In this document: in pieces, positions 37,260 through 46,209 of the stretch
Numbering within the stretch: the stretch's first letter is position 1
Layout of the letters: each line of letters opens with the position of its first letter
Virus record (IMG/VR): IMGVR_UViG_3300036791_000264
Span: 1 to 64,000 of that record
DNA length: 64,000 bases
Reading direction: 5' to 3' (one strand)
Origin: a virus
Translations under genes and position numbers: made by a program
Notes under the pieces: generated by a model
Database searches by the model: none
What the model was told of the DNA's origin: nothing
Seen by the model: only the letters and a program-made list of their open reading frames with translations

Positions 37260-39142
37260 TGACAACACTGAGATATTACGATGGGGCTGCCTACCAGCCC
37301 TTGCCAGGAATGCCCGGTCCCACCGGTCCTATCGGCCCCGCGGGACCGACCGGGGCGCAGGGTCCAGTCGCGCCTGGAGTGACCCTGAACTATGTGGCTC
37401 AGGGCTGGGGGCCAGCATCTCCACCGTATACAGGGACGCAGCCGCTCACGGTGGTTGCCACTGGCTTGAAGGCCAGTCATAACTATCTGGTCACCGGCTA
37501 TGCCATCGCTCAGAACACCTCAGCCGCTGCTGCCACATGTAGAATATATGTTACGACCACTGCTGGTAATAATGTTGGTCCGAATGTAGGGGCCTGGATT
37601 ACTTATGAGGCCAACTTGGCAGCTAACCAAGTCCCTGCTACTGGTTATTCGCATGGTACTACCGGCAGTTTTATTTACACGCCTGCTGTTGACGGTGATG
37701 TCTCCTTCACCATCTATAGTTCCGGTACTGCGGGTGCCATGAGCTTTGGCCCTAACAACTGCGCCATCTTCGTTGCTGACCTGACGGGTACGCAGGGGCC
37801 GATAGGAGCGACAGGTCCGGTGGGGCCTGCGGGGCCTGCTGGTGGCGGCAGCATCATTGTCAGCGTGCGAGCCTATCGTAGTGCTGCTTTCACAACGTCG
37901 ACAACACTCACATCGTTCATCTTCGATACAGACAGTGGTACAAACTTTTGGGATACACAGAACGCCTTCAATAACGGGGTGTTCACCTGTCCCGTAGCTG
38001 GCAAGTATCGGGTTACTTGTTCGTATGTCATGGCTGTTGGTACTGGTTACTGGGTTGAAGCGGTCATCGCCAAGAACGGCGTACAATACGCTTGGAACTT
38101 TTCTGGTCCCTCTGGCGGTGCGAGTACATATACGACTGCTGCTGTGACAGATACGATGGATCTGGCTGTCGGTGACACTATTGGGACCATGATCCAGGCC
38201 AGCGGTGCCTTTGCTTTGCTGAATGATGCCAGAGGCACCTTCCTGACTATTGACTTGATTGGTGGGACGGGACCACAAGGAGCAACTGGCCCCACCGGGC
38301 CGGCGTATGCAGCAGGGCAGATGTACAGCCTGGTCTACTACCAGACCATTCCCGCCCCGAAGGTCGCCTCCAATCCGTACACGGTTACTCATAACCTGGG
38401 CACCACCTTCCCCATGGTGCAGCTATGGGATGCGCTCACGCTCCAGTTGGTGAACGCCCAGGTGCAGGTTGTTGACGCCAACCGTGTTCAGATCTCGGTG
38501 GCAGCAGACATGCCCAACCCGGTGAACGTGTCGATTATGGGTGTCGCGGCCTCGCCGGTCCCTATCAACCCTGGAGATCTCGCCACCAAGGCGTACGTGG
38601 ATGCCAAGACGGCGACGCTGCCGGCCCCAGTCACGTCGGGTACCACCATCCAGTCCTTCACCGACGTCCTGGGCGACGTGTGGGTAGCCAAGAACGGCGT
38701 GAATGGTGGAGCCTGGAAGCGAGCCAGAGATGTCGTCCACTGCGAGTACTACCGGGCTGCGGCCCATACGTTCCCGACTGCCTGGACAGCCTTTAGCTTT
38801 GACGGCCTGCTCTCCGATGCCTATGGATTGTATGTCGCGCCCCTCTTCACACCGCCAGTGGCTGGGTTGTACGACTTCACCATGGTTCTGACTGCCAACC
38901 CGACTGCTACCGGACAGCATGTAGATATTTCGCTGTACAACACCACGACCGCCGGCTACCTATTGGCACTCAATCAGCAATCGGCTCAGGCTAGCTGGGG
39001 GGTTGCTCCTATGCTGCACGCGAAAAGGGTGCTAGCTGCAACTGATGTTATTCAGACTCGCAACCTCGCCGCCGCAGCCTTGACAGGACAAACCGGGGGC
39101 TTGTCCACACTTCTTGCTATTGCCTATCTAGGGACGGGCTGA
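37259..39142 (+). CDS. Tail fibre / receptor-binding protein 2 (collagen plus C1q-like domains)
   Basis: ATG 37259 (TGATG overlap); FNNGVFTCPVAGKYRV and FTPPVAGLYDF C1q signatures; ends YLGTG. Confidence 0.8.
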   Translation: MTTLRYYDGAAYQPLPGMPGPTGPIGPAGPTGAQGPVAPGVTLNYVAQGWGPASPPYTGTQPLTVVATGLKASHNYLVTGYAIAQNTSAAAATCRIYVTTTAGNNVGPNVGAWITYEANLAANQVPATGYSHGTTGSFIYTPAVDGDVSFTIYSSGTAGAMSFGPNNCAIFVADLTGTQGPIGATGPVGPAGPAGGGSIIVSVRAYRSAAFTTSTTLTSFIFDTDSGTNFWDTQNAFNNGVFTCPVAGKYRVTCSYVMAVGTGYWVEAVIAKNGVQYAWNFSGPSGGASTYTTAAVTDTMDLAVGDTIGTMIQASGAFALLNDARGTFLTIDLIGGTGPQGATGPTGPAYAAGQMYSLVYYQTIPAPKVASNPYTVTHNLGTTFPMVQLWDALTLQLVNAQVQVVDANRVQISVAADMPNPVNVSIMGVAASPVPINPGDLATKAYVDAKTATLPAPVTSGTTIQSFTDVLGDVWVAKNGVNGGAWKRARDVVHCEYYRAAAHTFPTAWTAFSFDGLLSDAYGLYVAPLFTPPVAGLYDFTMVLTANPTATGQHVDISLYNTTTAGYLLALNQQSAQASWGVAPMLHAKRVLAATDVIQTRNLAAAALTGQTGGLSTLLAIAYLGTG

Positions 39143-39708
39143 TGTCAACCATTGAAATCCCAATCTATGTACCGACCATCCCGCTTCCCGCGCCTGTCAC
39201 CTCTGGCAGCGGTGTCCAGAGTTACACTGACCCCTACGGTGACGTGTGGGTGGCTCTCAACGGTGTGAATGGCGGGAACTGGAAACGGGCCAGGGACGTG
39301 TTGCAGGCAAAGGTCAGTAAGGGTGGTGCGTACACCACTTCAACATCGGCTACAGCGATTCCTTGGACTGCTGTGAGTTTCGACTCATACGGAATGTGGA
39401 ATGGGTCAGCTTCGTTCATTGCTCCGATTGCTGGCATTTATCAGGTAAAAGCTGCGGTCGGAATCAACTTTACCGCTGCGGGGCAGTGGAGTCTTCTTTA
39501 CATGACTCAAAGCAGCGTCGGAGGAAATGCTCAAGGATTCCAGACTCTTCTCAGTGGAACGGCAACGGCATCCCTCATTACTGAGGACTTACTACAATGC
39601 ACTGCTGGCGACATCATCACGGCGTTTCTCCAGACTTCTGCGGCCTTGGCCTTGTGGACGAACTCTGCCGCTAACCGGTTCCATCTCTCTTATCAAGGAA
39701 CAGGCTGA
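39142..39708 (+). CDS. Receptor-binding module 3 (C1q-like)
   Basis: SYTD...WKRARDV then FIAPIAGIYQV; ends YQGTG. Confidence 0.75.
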   Translation: MSTIEIPIYVPTIPLPAPVTSGSGVQSYTDPYGDVWVALNGVNGGNWKRARDVLQAKVSKGGAYTTSTSATAIPWTAVSFDSYGMWNGSASFIAPIAGIYQVKAAVGINFTAAGQWSLLYMTQSSVGGNAQGFQTLLSGTATASLITEDLLQCTAGDIITAFLQTSAALALWTNSAANRFHLSYQGTG

Positions 39709-40271
39709 TGAGCATCCAAACCTACGCGGTTCTCGACAATCTGCCTGCGCCTCTAGCCGCTGGCGCACTCTTCCAGAGCTTTACTGATGTCACCGGTGAT
39801 GTGTGGGTGGCTCAGGGTGGTGTGTACGGGGGAGCCTGGAAGAGAGCCAGAGATGTACTGAAGGCACGGGCGTACCCCAACGCCAACGTGGCGATAACCA
39901 CTGCCGGGTGGGTGGTCATAGGTCTGACCAATATCTCGTTCGACAGCTATGGGCTGATGTCCTTGTCTAACAACCGCTTCATTTGCCCGATACCAGGAAT
40001 CTACCGTGTTCACGGCACTGTTGGTTACACGGCTGTGGTAGCCAGGTACATCGCCAGCCTTTACAAGAACGGTGTCGAAATGGGTCGTGGTAACGATCTT
40101 TACAACAGCACGGCTCAGATCATTAGCCTGGTCGTCAGTGACATGATGGTGTGTGCCGCCGGGGATTTCATTCAGCTATACGGTTACGCATCCGGTGCCA
40201 CCAGTACGTACTACGGCGGCGGCACGGCATCACTGACCTTCCTCAGTGTGGCTTACGATGGCACTGGCTAA
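39708..40271 (+). CDS. Receptor-binding module 4 (C1q-like)
   Basis: SFTD...WKRARDV then FICPIPGIYRV; ends YDGTG. Confidence 0.75.
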   Translation: MSIQTYAVLDNLPAPLAAGALFQSFTDVTGDVWVAQGGVYGGAWKRARDVLKARAYPNANVAITTAGWVVIGLTNISFDSYGLMSLSNNRFICPIPGIYRVHGTVGYTAVVARYIASLYKNGVEMGRGNDLYNSTAQIISLVVSDMMVCAAGDFIQLYGYASGATSTYYGGGTASLTFLSVAYDGTG

Positions 40272-40293
40272 GAGAGCATAATCAAGGAGGAAC

Positions 40294-40632
40294 ATGAGTT
40301 ACCTGACCTACTCCCTGTTGACTGAGGACGTGAACTTCGGCAGGCGATCTCGGGCCTGTATCATTGAGCAGAGCAATACCTTCCAGACTGACGCCAACCT
40401 GGCCGTCGCTGCTCTCGCCAAGGCTCTGTTGAAGGGTGAGCCGGCTCAGACCCAAGTCATGCTGCAAGGGATTGCGGCGGGACCACAGTTCGACACCCAG
40501 GTGGATCTGGGTGATGGCACCATCGACTCCACCAAGATCACTGACGAGGAGATCCTGGCTCAGACCCAGGCCATCTTCCCCACCGTGGCTGCTCTGTACT
40601 ACGACGACACCGGGGCACCCATCCCCGCCTAA
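40294..40632 (+). CDS. Hypothetical protein after the fibre cluster (possible fibre chaperone)
   Basis: AAGGAGG RBS, 112 aa. Confidence 0.65.
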   Translation: MSYLTYSLLTEDVNFGRRSRACIIEQSNTFQTDANLAVAALAKALLKGEPAQTQVMLQGIAAGPQFDTQVDLGDGTIDSTKITDEEILAQTQAIFPTVAALYYDDTGAPIPA

Positions 40633-40641
40633 AATCCTGAC

Positions 40642-40983
40642 GTGATCGACGGCCCGCGCCCGGTGCGCCTGCAAAATAGCGGGGACATCTACCGAGAACT
40701 CGGCCCCAACTATTCCTCCCAGGAGCTACTGGTCACGGCTGCCCTGCGGACGGCCATGATCCCCGGTCAGGAGATCGTGGCTGAGGTACGCCCGCCCATC
40801 CCCTCCCTGGGCCACCCCTTCCCGCCCCGTTACGGGTACCCCGACTACCAGGAGCGCCAGGCTGACATCTCCCAGGTGCTGGACGTGAACCGGAGCTACC
40901 CCAACCGGCGTTGGGACTTGTCCGGAGGGGTCGCCGGCTGGCAGGGGGCAGCGCGTAACGTGGGTGTCGAGGACGTCTGGTAG
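40642..40983 (+). CDS. Hypothetical protein
   Basis: TAAAAT 6 nt before the GTG (leaderless arrangement). Confidence 0.6.
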   Translation: MIDGPRPVRLQNSGDIYRELGPNYSSQELLVTAALRTAMIPGQEIVAEVRPPIPSLGHPFPPRYGYPDYQERQADISQVLDVNRSYPNRRWDLSGGVAGWQGAARNVGVEDVW

Positions 40984-40991
40984 GAGGAAGC

Positions 40992-41282
40992 ATGTCTGAT
41001 CTGTTCGGTGGTGGAGGACGAGGGGCGCCCGGTATCGAGGCTATTGGACCCATCATGGGCATCGCACCGTCACCGGGGGCTGGTCGGGGGCGTGTCCTGG
41101 GCCTCCCCCAGGCCCTCAGGTTCGCGGGTGACGTGGGTGGACCCTTGGCTGAGGCTGCCATCAACCGGAAGAAGGCACGCAAGAACTACAACGACGCCCC
41201 GGTGGATGACATCGACGGGCAGGCGGGTGGCAAGCTGGTGAATACCGGCGCTGGACCCATGGCGCCTGCCGCAGCGCCCTAG
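40992..41282 (+). CDS. Hypothetical protein
   Basis: AGGAGG RBS. Confidence 0.6.
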   Translation: MSDLFGGGGRGAPGIEAIGPIMGIAPSPGAGRGRVLGLPQALRFAGDVGGPLAEAAINRKKARKNYNDAPVDDIDGQAGGKLVNTGAGPMAPAAAP

Positions 41283-41290
41283 GAGGGCAC

Positions 41291-41602
41291 ATGTCTGAGA
41301 ACAGAGACCGCAGCATGAACGCCGAGTTGCTCGATGGCATGGTCGATGGCACCTACAAGCGGGTCATCCGCGACCGTTCCCTCTACCCGGACCCTGACCG
41401 CCGGCTTCAGCGGGCTGACCGGATCGCTCTCTTCCATGGCACGGGTGGCTATGGCGTAGCTGAGGCCCCGGAGAAGCGCACCCCGGATGGTCGCTACTCC
41501 CATGACCAGGGGTTTGTCCCGCCCCTGTTCCCGGAGGTGACCGTGCGGGCGGCGATGACGCCCGAAGCTCGTGCGGTGATTGCCAGCGAGAGGATGACCT
41601 AA
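41291..41602 (+). CDS. Hypothetical protein
   Basis: AGGAGG RBS; DGMVDGTYKR. Confidence 0.65.
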   Translation: MSENRDRSMNAELLDGMVDGTYKRVIRDRSLYPDPDRRLQRADRIALFHGTGGYGVAEAPEKRTPDGRYSHDQGFVPPLFPEVTVRAAMTPEARAVIASERMT

Positions 41603-41603
41603 G

Positions 41604-42155
41604 ACGCCTCGCCTCCTGGTATGCAGGGAGTGCAAGACCATCGAGGAACTCCCCCTCTACAACGGCCCTCCCCAGCTTGAGGCCCAGGATCCTCTCCTGG
41701 ACAACCTCGTGCGCCGGCACGTCCAGCTTCATGGTGACATCGGCCCGGACTCTGCGGCCCTCCTGGTGGCCTCGGAGGATCCCTGCCACTGCGGCGAGAA
41801 GACCACGGTGGACGTGAACGGCAGGATCCAGGCGAACCCCCTCAGGATCCGGACACAGCACACCTTCTGGGAGGGGCACAAGGACGACGTCCTGAAGGGC
41901 CTGGGTGAGCGCTGGACTGGGTTCCACCCGGAGTACTACGCCACCAAGGACACCTACAAAGAGGACGCCATGCGGTGCTACAACCTGCACCGCCGGCCCA
42001 AGGGCACCGACTGCATCGACTATCGGGATGACAACCGCAAGCTCACGGGGAAAAGCTGGCCCAAGGACAGGGCTGTCTACCTCTGTGATTTTTGCCCTGT
42101 GTCCAGCCAGGTGACCACGGCTATCCGCGCCGCGGCAGGGATGTACAAGAGATGA
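41604..42155 (+). CDS. Cys-rich (Zn-binding) hypothetical protein, apparent ACG start
   Basis: The frame is open upstream of the tracked GTG 41709: ACG-PRLLVCRECKTIEELP...; also YKEDAMRCY and YLCDFCPV. Confidence 0.65.
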   Translation, partial: TPRLLVCRECKTIEELPLYNGPPQLEAQDPLLDNLVRRHVQLHGDIGPDSAALLVASEDPCHCGEKTTVDVNGRIQANPLRIRTQHTFWEGHKDDVLKGLGERWTGFHPEYYATKDTYKEDAMRCYNLHRRPKGTDCIDYRDDNRKLTGKSWPKDRAVYLCDFCPVSSQVTTAIRAAAGMYKR

Positions 42156-42412
42156 GCGACGTCAACGGCTCGGAGCCACCGCCTCAGCAGGTACTCACCC
42201 TGTTCATGGTCGTGATCGACCTGGACGGCTCCTCCAGGGCCGTCTTAAACACCGAAGAGCGGTTTATAGCCCAGCGAATCGCCACCCCCAAGGACATCTA
42301 CCCGGCGGTGATGAACGTGGCCGCGGACTTCCAGGGCCTGAAGACAGCAGAGGCCATCGCCAGCTTCCAGTTCCAGATGGCACGCCAGGCTGCCGCCCAG
42401 CAGGAAGAGTGA
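42152..42412 (+). CDS. Hypothetical protein
   Basis: ATGA overlap with the previous gene. Confidence 0.6.
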   Translation: MSDVNGSEPPPQQVLTLFMVVIDLDGSSRAVLNTEERFIAQRIATPKDIYPAVMNVAADFQGLKTAEAIASFQFQMARQAAAQQEE

Positions 42413-42451
42413 GGATCGTCTACAGAGGCCCCTGAAGGCCCCTGTGACCGC

Positions 42452-42652
42452 CTACGACCGACTCTGGGCTGTCCAGCCCTCTGTGTACTGGTAGGCGTCC
42501 TCCAGGGACACTGAGGCGCCATGATCATGTCCACAGATCCACTCCCCCCAGCGGTCCCGGAAGCAGGGAGGACCGCTGGCGTCGTCAACGAGGAACGAAC
42601 GTCCGGAAGGGCGAAGCTCCTGGGGAGTGACGATCCCGCGCTGGACTGCCAT
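42452..42652 (-). CDS. Hypothetical protein
   Basis: TGATG-coupled to the IPT gene; MAVQRGIVTP... Confidence 0.5.
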   Translation of the reverse strand: MAVQRGIVTPQELRPSGRSFLVDDASGPPCFRDRWGEWICGHDHGASVSLEDAYQYTEGWTAQSRS

Positions 42653-43194
42653 CAGGTGTAGACGAAGCCGCCCAGGGTGCCGGTGCCTGCCGGTGTAGTC
42701 ACGGCCACGCTGGCGGTCCCCGCTACTGATGTCGCAGGCGTGGTACAGGTGATCGTACTGTCGTTGACCACAACCACAGCGGTGCAGGCAATCCCGCCGA
42801 TGGTCACGGCAGTGGCTCCGGTGAAGCCGTACCCGGTGATGGTGACCGGGGTGGCGACGGCGTGGACCGCGGTGCCTGGGCTGACCCCGGTGGTAGTGGG
42901 TACCTTCGTGGCCTGGCGGTCCGCAACCAGGGCGTCGGGCCAGGAGCAAGAAGCGGTGGAGACAGGGCTGGCGAGGTTCGGGACTGGCGTGGTGGTGACG
43001 TTGGGCGGGACCAGCATGCTGCCCCAGTTCGGGGTGGTGAAGGGGGAAGCGGCCCAGTTGGCAGGGGCTACGTAGGCAACGCCGGTCGCGGGGTCGATGG
43101 TGTTCCACTTCGGGACGGCAGCAGCAGCCGCCGGGTTGCTGGGCAACTCCCTTGGGTTCATGGTGTAGGGATTGGCGCCGGGGTTGTAGGGCAT
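42652..43194 (-). CDS. IPT/TIG (Ig-like) domain protein
   Basis: PTTTGVSPGT...VTITGYGFTGATAVTIGG...VVVVNDSTITCTTP. Confidence 0.8.
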   Translation of the reverse strand: MPYNPGANPYTMNPRELPSNPAAAAAVPKWNTIDPATGVAYVAPANWAASPFTTPNWGSMLVPPNVTTTPVPNLASPVSTASCSWPDALVADRQATKVPTTTGVSPGTAVHAVATPVTITGYGFTGATAVTIGGIACTAVVVVNDSTITCTTPATSVAGTASVAVTTPAGTGTLGGFVYT

Positions 43195-43204
43195 CGGTTA
43201 CTCC

Positions 43205-43885
43205 TCAGGTCTGGGTGACGACGAATGGTGGGCCGTCATAGGTGGTTCCCGCCACGGTCACCCTGACGGCGTACGTTCCATTCTTCAGGTTGTTCGGCGT
43301 GGCGCAGGTCACGGTGCTGTCATCCACCACCACCAGATCGGTGCAAGGCGTGCTGATCCTCACCTGGGTTGTTCCTGTCAAGGTTGTGCCGGTCACTGTT
43401 ATCGATACTGCTGTGTCCATGGGGCCAGTGTTTGGAGTTACTCCGGTAACGCTGACCCCCTCAGGAGGGTTTTCCCCACCACCTCCTCCTCCTCCCAGGC
43501 GTGGATCTTCGACGGTGACGCCCGCCGCAGCCATCGTGTCTACGTGATCCTGGATGTTGGCGACGGCCAGGTCTTGACGGTCTGGATCCAAGGTCAAGGT
43601 GGGATCAACGGCTTCCGGGTTGGCGGTCTGGAATGCTTGAGCCGCTGCCGTGTTCGCTGGTAGTTCGTAGGGGCTGTAGACCCTGAGTGGGTAGTAGTCC
43701 GGAACCTCGTCAGTAGCTGCGACCTCTTCTTCACCCTCCTCTGTGCCGGCTGCCGTGGCGTCGTCCTCCTCCAGGCGGGCCACCAACTCATCCTTGTGAC
43801 CCGATGTGGGGAGATCCCTGGCTCTAAGCTCGTCCCGCAACTCTTCCACGGTGTTGTTGTGATATGACGCTTCTACGTCTGTCAT
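43205..43885 (-). CDS. SAP-domain plus IPT/TIG-domain protein
   Basis: TVEELRDELRARDLPTSGHKDELVARL (SAP); VTGVTPNTGP...ITVTGT...VVVDDSTVTCATP (IPT). Confidence 0.8.
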   Translation of the reverse strand: MTDVEASYHNNTVEELRDELRARDLPTSGHKDELVARLEEDDATAAGTEEGEEEVAATDEVPDYYPLRVYSPYELPANTAAAQAFQTANPEAVDPTLTLDPDRQDLAVANIQDHVDTMAAAGVTVEDPRLGGGGGGGENPPEGVSVTGVTPNTGPMDTAVSITVTGTTLTGTTQVRISTPCTDLVVVDDSTVTCATPNNLKNGTYAVRVTVAGTTYDGPPFVVTQT

Positions 43886-43888
43886 GCC

Positions 43889-44194
43889 CTAAGTTTTACC
43901 CATGGCCTGCTCACCCCCTGTGTCACCCCAGGGATCCTCGGTGACCACTCCGAAAATCATGGGCGGCGTCGGTCCAAAGAAGGGCAGGGTTATGCAGGAG
44001 TTGTGCATCCGGGCCATGACCAGGCCCTCAGGGAGAGTTGGCCCTCCTGCCCAGGCCAGGTTGAGCGGCCAGTTCACCCCCTGACTGAAGGACAGCACCC
44101 CCAGGTGGCGGAAGCAGGCTCGCAGGGGCGGCTCGGGGGAGCGGTCGATCAGGAAGGCGTCAGCCCAGTCGCATGGCTCTCGCCAGTCGCACAC
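43889..44194 (-). CDS. Hypothetical protein
   Basis: 3' part of the tracked ORF, from GTG 44194; fills an otherwise empty 300 bp. Confidence 0.4.
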   Translation of the reverse strand: MCDWREPCDWADAFLIDRSPEPPLRACFRHLGVLSFSQGVNWPLNLAWAGGPTLPEGLVMARMHNSCITLPFFGPTPPMIFGVVTEDPWGDTGGEQAMGKT

Positions 44195-44206
44195 TAGGCT
44201 TGCACT

Positions 44207-44449
44207 ATGCCAGAGATCGCAGCACTTCCTGAGCTTCTGGGGGCTGGTGAGGCTGCTGGGGGGGCTGGTGAGGCCGCTGGGGGCATGGGTCGCATGGGCA
44301 GCATGTTGAAGGATTTCAATGACAATCCTGTCACTAAGATCGCCGGCCACATCGGTGGCAACCTCGTCCACGAGTTCATGGGGTCCATCGGTACCGGTGG
44401 CGGTGACCAGGAGAAAGCCAACATCGGACCTATCGGAAATCTGGCCTGA
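44207..44449 (+). CDS. Gly/Ala-rich small protein
   Basis: TAGGCT 6 nt before the ATG (leaderless). Confidence 0.6.
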   Translation: MPEIAALPELLGAGEAAGGAGEAAGGMGRMGSMLKDFNDNPVTKIAGHIGGNLVHEFMGSIGTGGGDQEKANIGPIGNLA

Positions 44450-44469
44450 TTTTTCACAGGCTGGACGCG

Positions 44470-44496
44470 AAGAGGCCCCCCTGGAGGGGGCCTCTT
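44470..44496. terminator. Hairpin terminator between convergent genes
   Basis: AAGAGGCCCCC-ctgga-GGGGGCCTCTT, perfect 11-bp stem. Confidence 0.75.
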
Positions 44497-44574
44497 GCAT
44501 GGCTACATGGCTACCACACCATGACCGCAACACCGTCCTAGGAGAACCGATGCCGTGTTTTTCAGTGTAGCGGA

Positions 44575-44964
44575 TCAAGATGCCTGTCGCACCAGCACCC
44601 GGCGCCGTGCTGGCACGGTGGTCTCTTCCCCTTTGTCCTCTGCCAGAGCTTCAGCGACGGTCTTCTCCTGGATGCGCTCGTTGACGTCCCACTCCTGGAG
44701 GCCCCGGCGCGCCAGGGTCTGCTGGACGTACTGGTAGGGCCAGTTGTTCAGGTTGCGGGAGATCTCCATGATCCCCTGCCCGTCGAGGAACATGGCGACG
44801 ATGGTCTCGTCCCGGATCTGGGACTCGTCCCACTTCGCCATGGGGGTCTCGGAGCAGTCCTCGCTACACCAGAACACGAACCGTCCTATGCGGCGCCGGT
44901 AGCCCATGAACACGCCGCAGCAGCGGCAGCGCATCTCCTGAAGGTCATCATCCTGGTCTGCCAT
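44575..44964 (-). CDS. Zn-finger plus HTH protein
   Basis: CRCC...WCSEDC; IVAMFLDGQGIMEISRNLN...YVQQTLARRG. Confidence 0.6.
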   Translation of the reverse strand: MADQDDDLQEMRCRCCGVFMGYRRRIGRFVFWCSEDCSETPMAKWDESQIRDETIVAMFLDGQGIMEISRNLNNWPYQYVQQTLARRGLQEWDVNERIQEKTVAEALAEDKGEETTVPARRRVLVRQAS

Positions 44965-45206
44965 TAGCTGGCCTTCCTGAGGGCGGCGATGACCTCGTCC
45001 AGGTAGCTGGCCGGGAAGACGGCGCCGCTCATGTTCTGCCCATTGGGGAGCAAGTTGATGCCAACTCGGATGTAGTCGTCACCACCTCCGGTGGCGATCC
45101 GGGTGATCCGGACCTCGCGGCTGTCGCCCAGCTTGACCCGGCTCAGGATCTTGGGGGGTCGGATCGTCCTGGTGGGGCCTGGCTTGGTGGTCTTACTTTC
45201 TGACAT
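44964..45206 (-). CDS. Small protein, possibly PC4/whirly-like ssDNA-binding
   Basis: REVRITR...YIRVG...SGAVFP..YLDEVIAAL. Confidence 0.45.
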   Translation of the reverse strand: MSESKTTKPGPTRTIRPPKILSRVKLGDSREVRITRIATGGGDDYIRVGINLLPNGQNMSGAVFPASYLDEVIAALRKAS

Positions 45207-46209
45207 GGAATACTCGATCTTTCTCTATGAGGGGGAGGTGATCTGGCCCCTTGACGCAGGCCGATACGGTGGTCTCACGGTAGTTGCCGTGCTTGTCTAT
45301 CCAGCGGCGCTTGTGTTCACGCACTCGCCAGCGATGCGACCACACCACTAGCTGGGGGACATGGTCGGGGTCGGTGATGGTGGGCGGTCGATCCACGGGA
45401 CGCAGGTCGACCACGGTTACCTCTGACAGCGGGCTGTGCGCCCGCTTGAGCCGCTTCAGCATGGGCCGGTCAGCCGGCATGCGGAAGGGGATCTGCTCCT
45501 GCACGAACTCCCACAGGGAGATCACGAAGGCATTGAATCGGTTGACCGAGAAGGCGTAGCTCTCCTTGTGCTTCTCGTACTCCTCACGGTCCCCGGCGGC
45601 GCCATGGAACTCGGCTAGTTCCTCAGGCTTGGACATGTCTTCATCAGTGAGGTTCTGTACCTTCTTGCCCCACGCCCAGGGGACGATGTGCAGGATGGGC
45701 AGGTCGCCACAGACTGAGGTGACTCCCTCCTTGCTACCGAACTCGGCGTACTCCATCTGGTTGATCTCATCCAGTTCGTCGTGGGCGTCGCTGAACTCAG
45801 TCATGACCACGCCCGCCCGTTCCTCTGACCACAGGATGGCCTTGACTGAGGTGACCCGACCACGGGCGTCCAGGATGTGGATGGGACGCTCCAGGTAGAT
45901 GAATCCTCTGGGACAGGGCAAGTCCTGGGGTAGGACGACCTCATGCTCGTGGGCCTCGTAGACATCGGTGAAGTCCCACAGGCGGGCGATGATCGGGCTG
46001 CGGACGTAGAAGGTCTCGGCGCTGTCGAGCCGGCTGATCAGGTACTCGTCCACCTTCCAAGGCTCGTCCAGGTCGCGCATGGTCACGTAGTTGTCGACCA
46101 TGCCCTGGAAGGTTTTGATAAACCCGTCCCGGTACTGGCTCGACTTCCACCAGCGCATCAGCTTGACCTGTTCCTCCAGCACATCGATGGGTCGGTAGAC
46201 GGTAGCCAT
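45193..46209 (-). CDS. Hypothetical phage protein
   Basis: Start ATG 46209 (TGATG); C-terminal WSHRWRVREH...VKGPDHLPL motif of a type seen in actinophage proteins of unknown function. Confidence 0.7.
   Translation of the reverse strand: MATVYRPIDVLEEQVKLMRWWKSSQYRDGFIKTFQGMVDNYVTMRDLDEPWKVDEYLISRLDSAETFYVRSPIIARLWDFTDVYEAHEHEVVLPQDLPCPRGFIYLERPIHILDARGRVTSVKAILWSEERAGVVMTEFSDAHDELDEINQMEYAEFGSKEGVTSVCGDLPILHIVPWAWGKKVQNLTDEDMSKPEELAEFHGAAGDREEYEKHKESYAFSVNRFNAFVISLWEFVQEQIPFRMPADRPMLKRLKRAHSPLSEVTVVDLRPVDRPPTITDPDHVPQLVVWSHRWRVREHKRRWIDKHGNYRETTVSACVKGPDHLPLIEKDRVFHVRK

Noticed and set aside
36760-40271. Diversity-generating retroelement acting on the C1q-like tips
   Set aside because: No reverse transcriptase in the window and no near-identical template/variable repeat pair differing only at adenines was seen; cannot be excluded outside the window.
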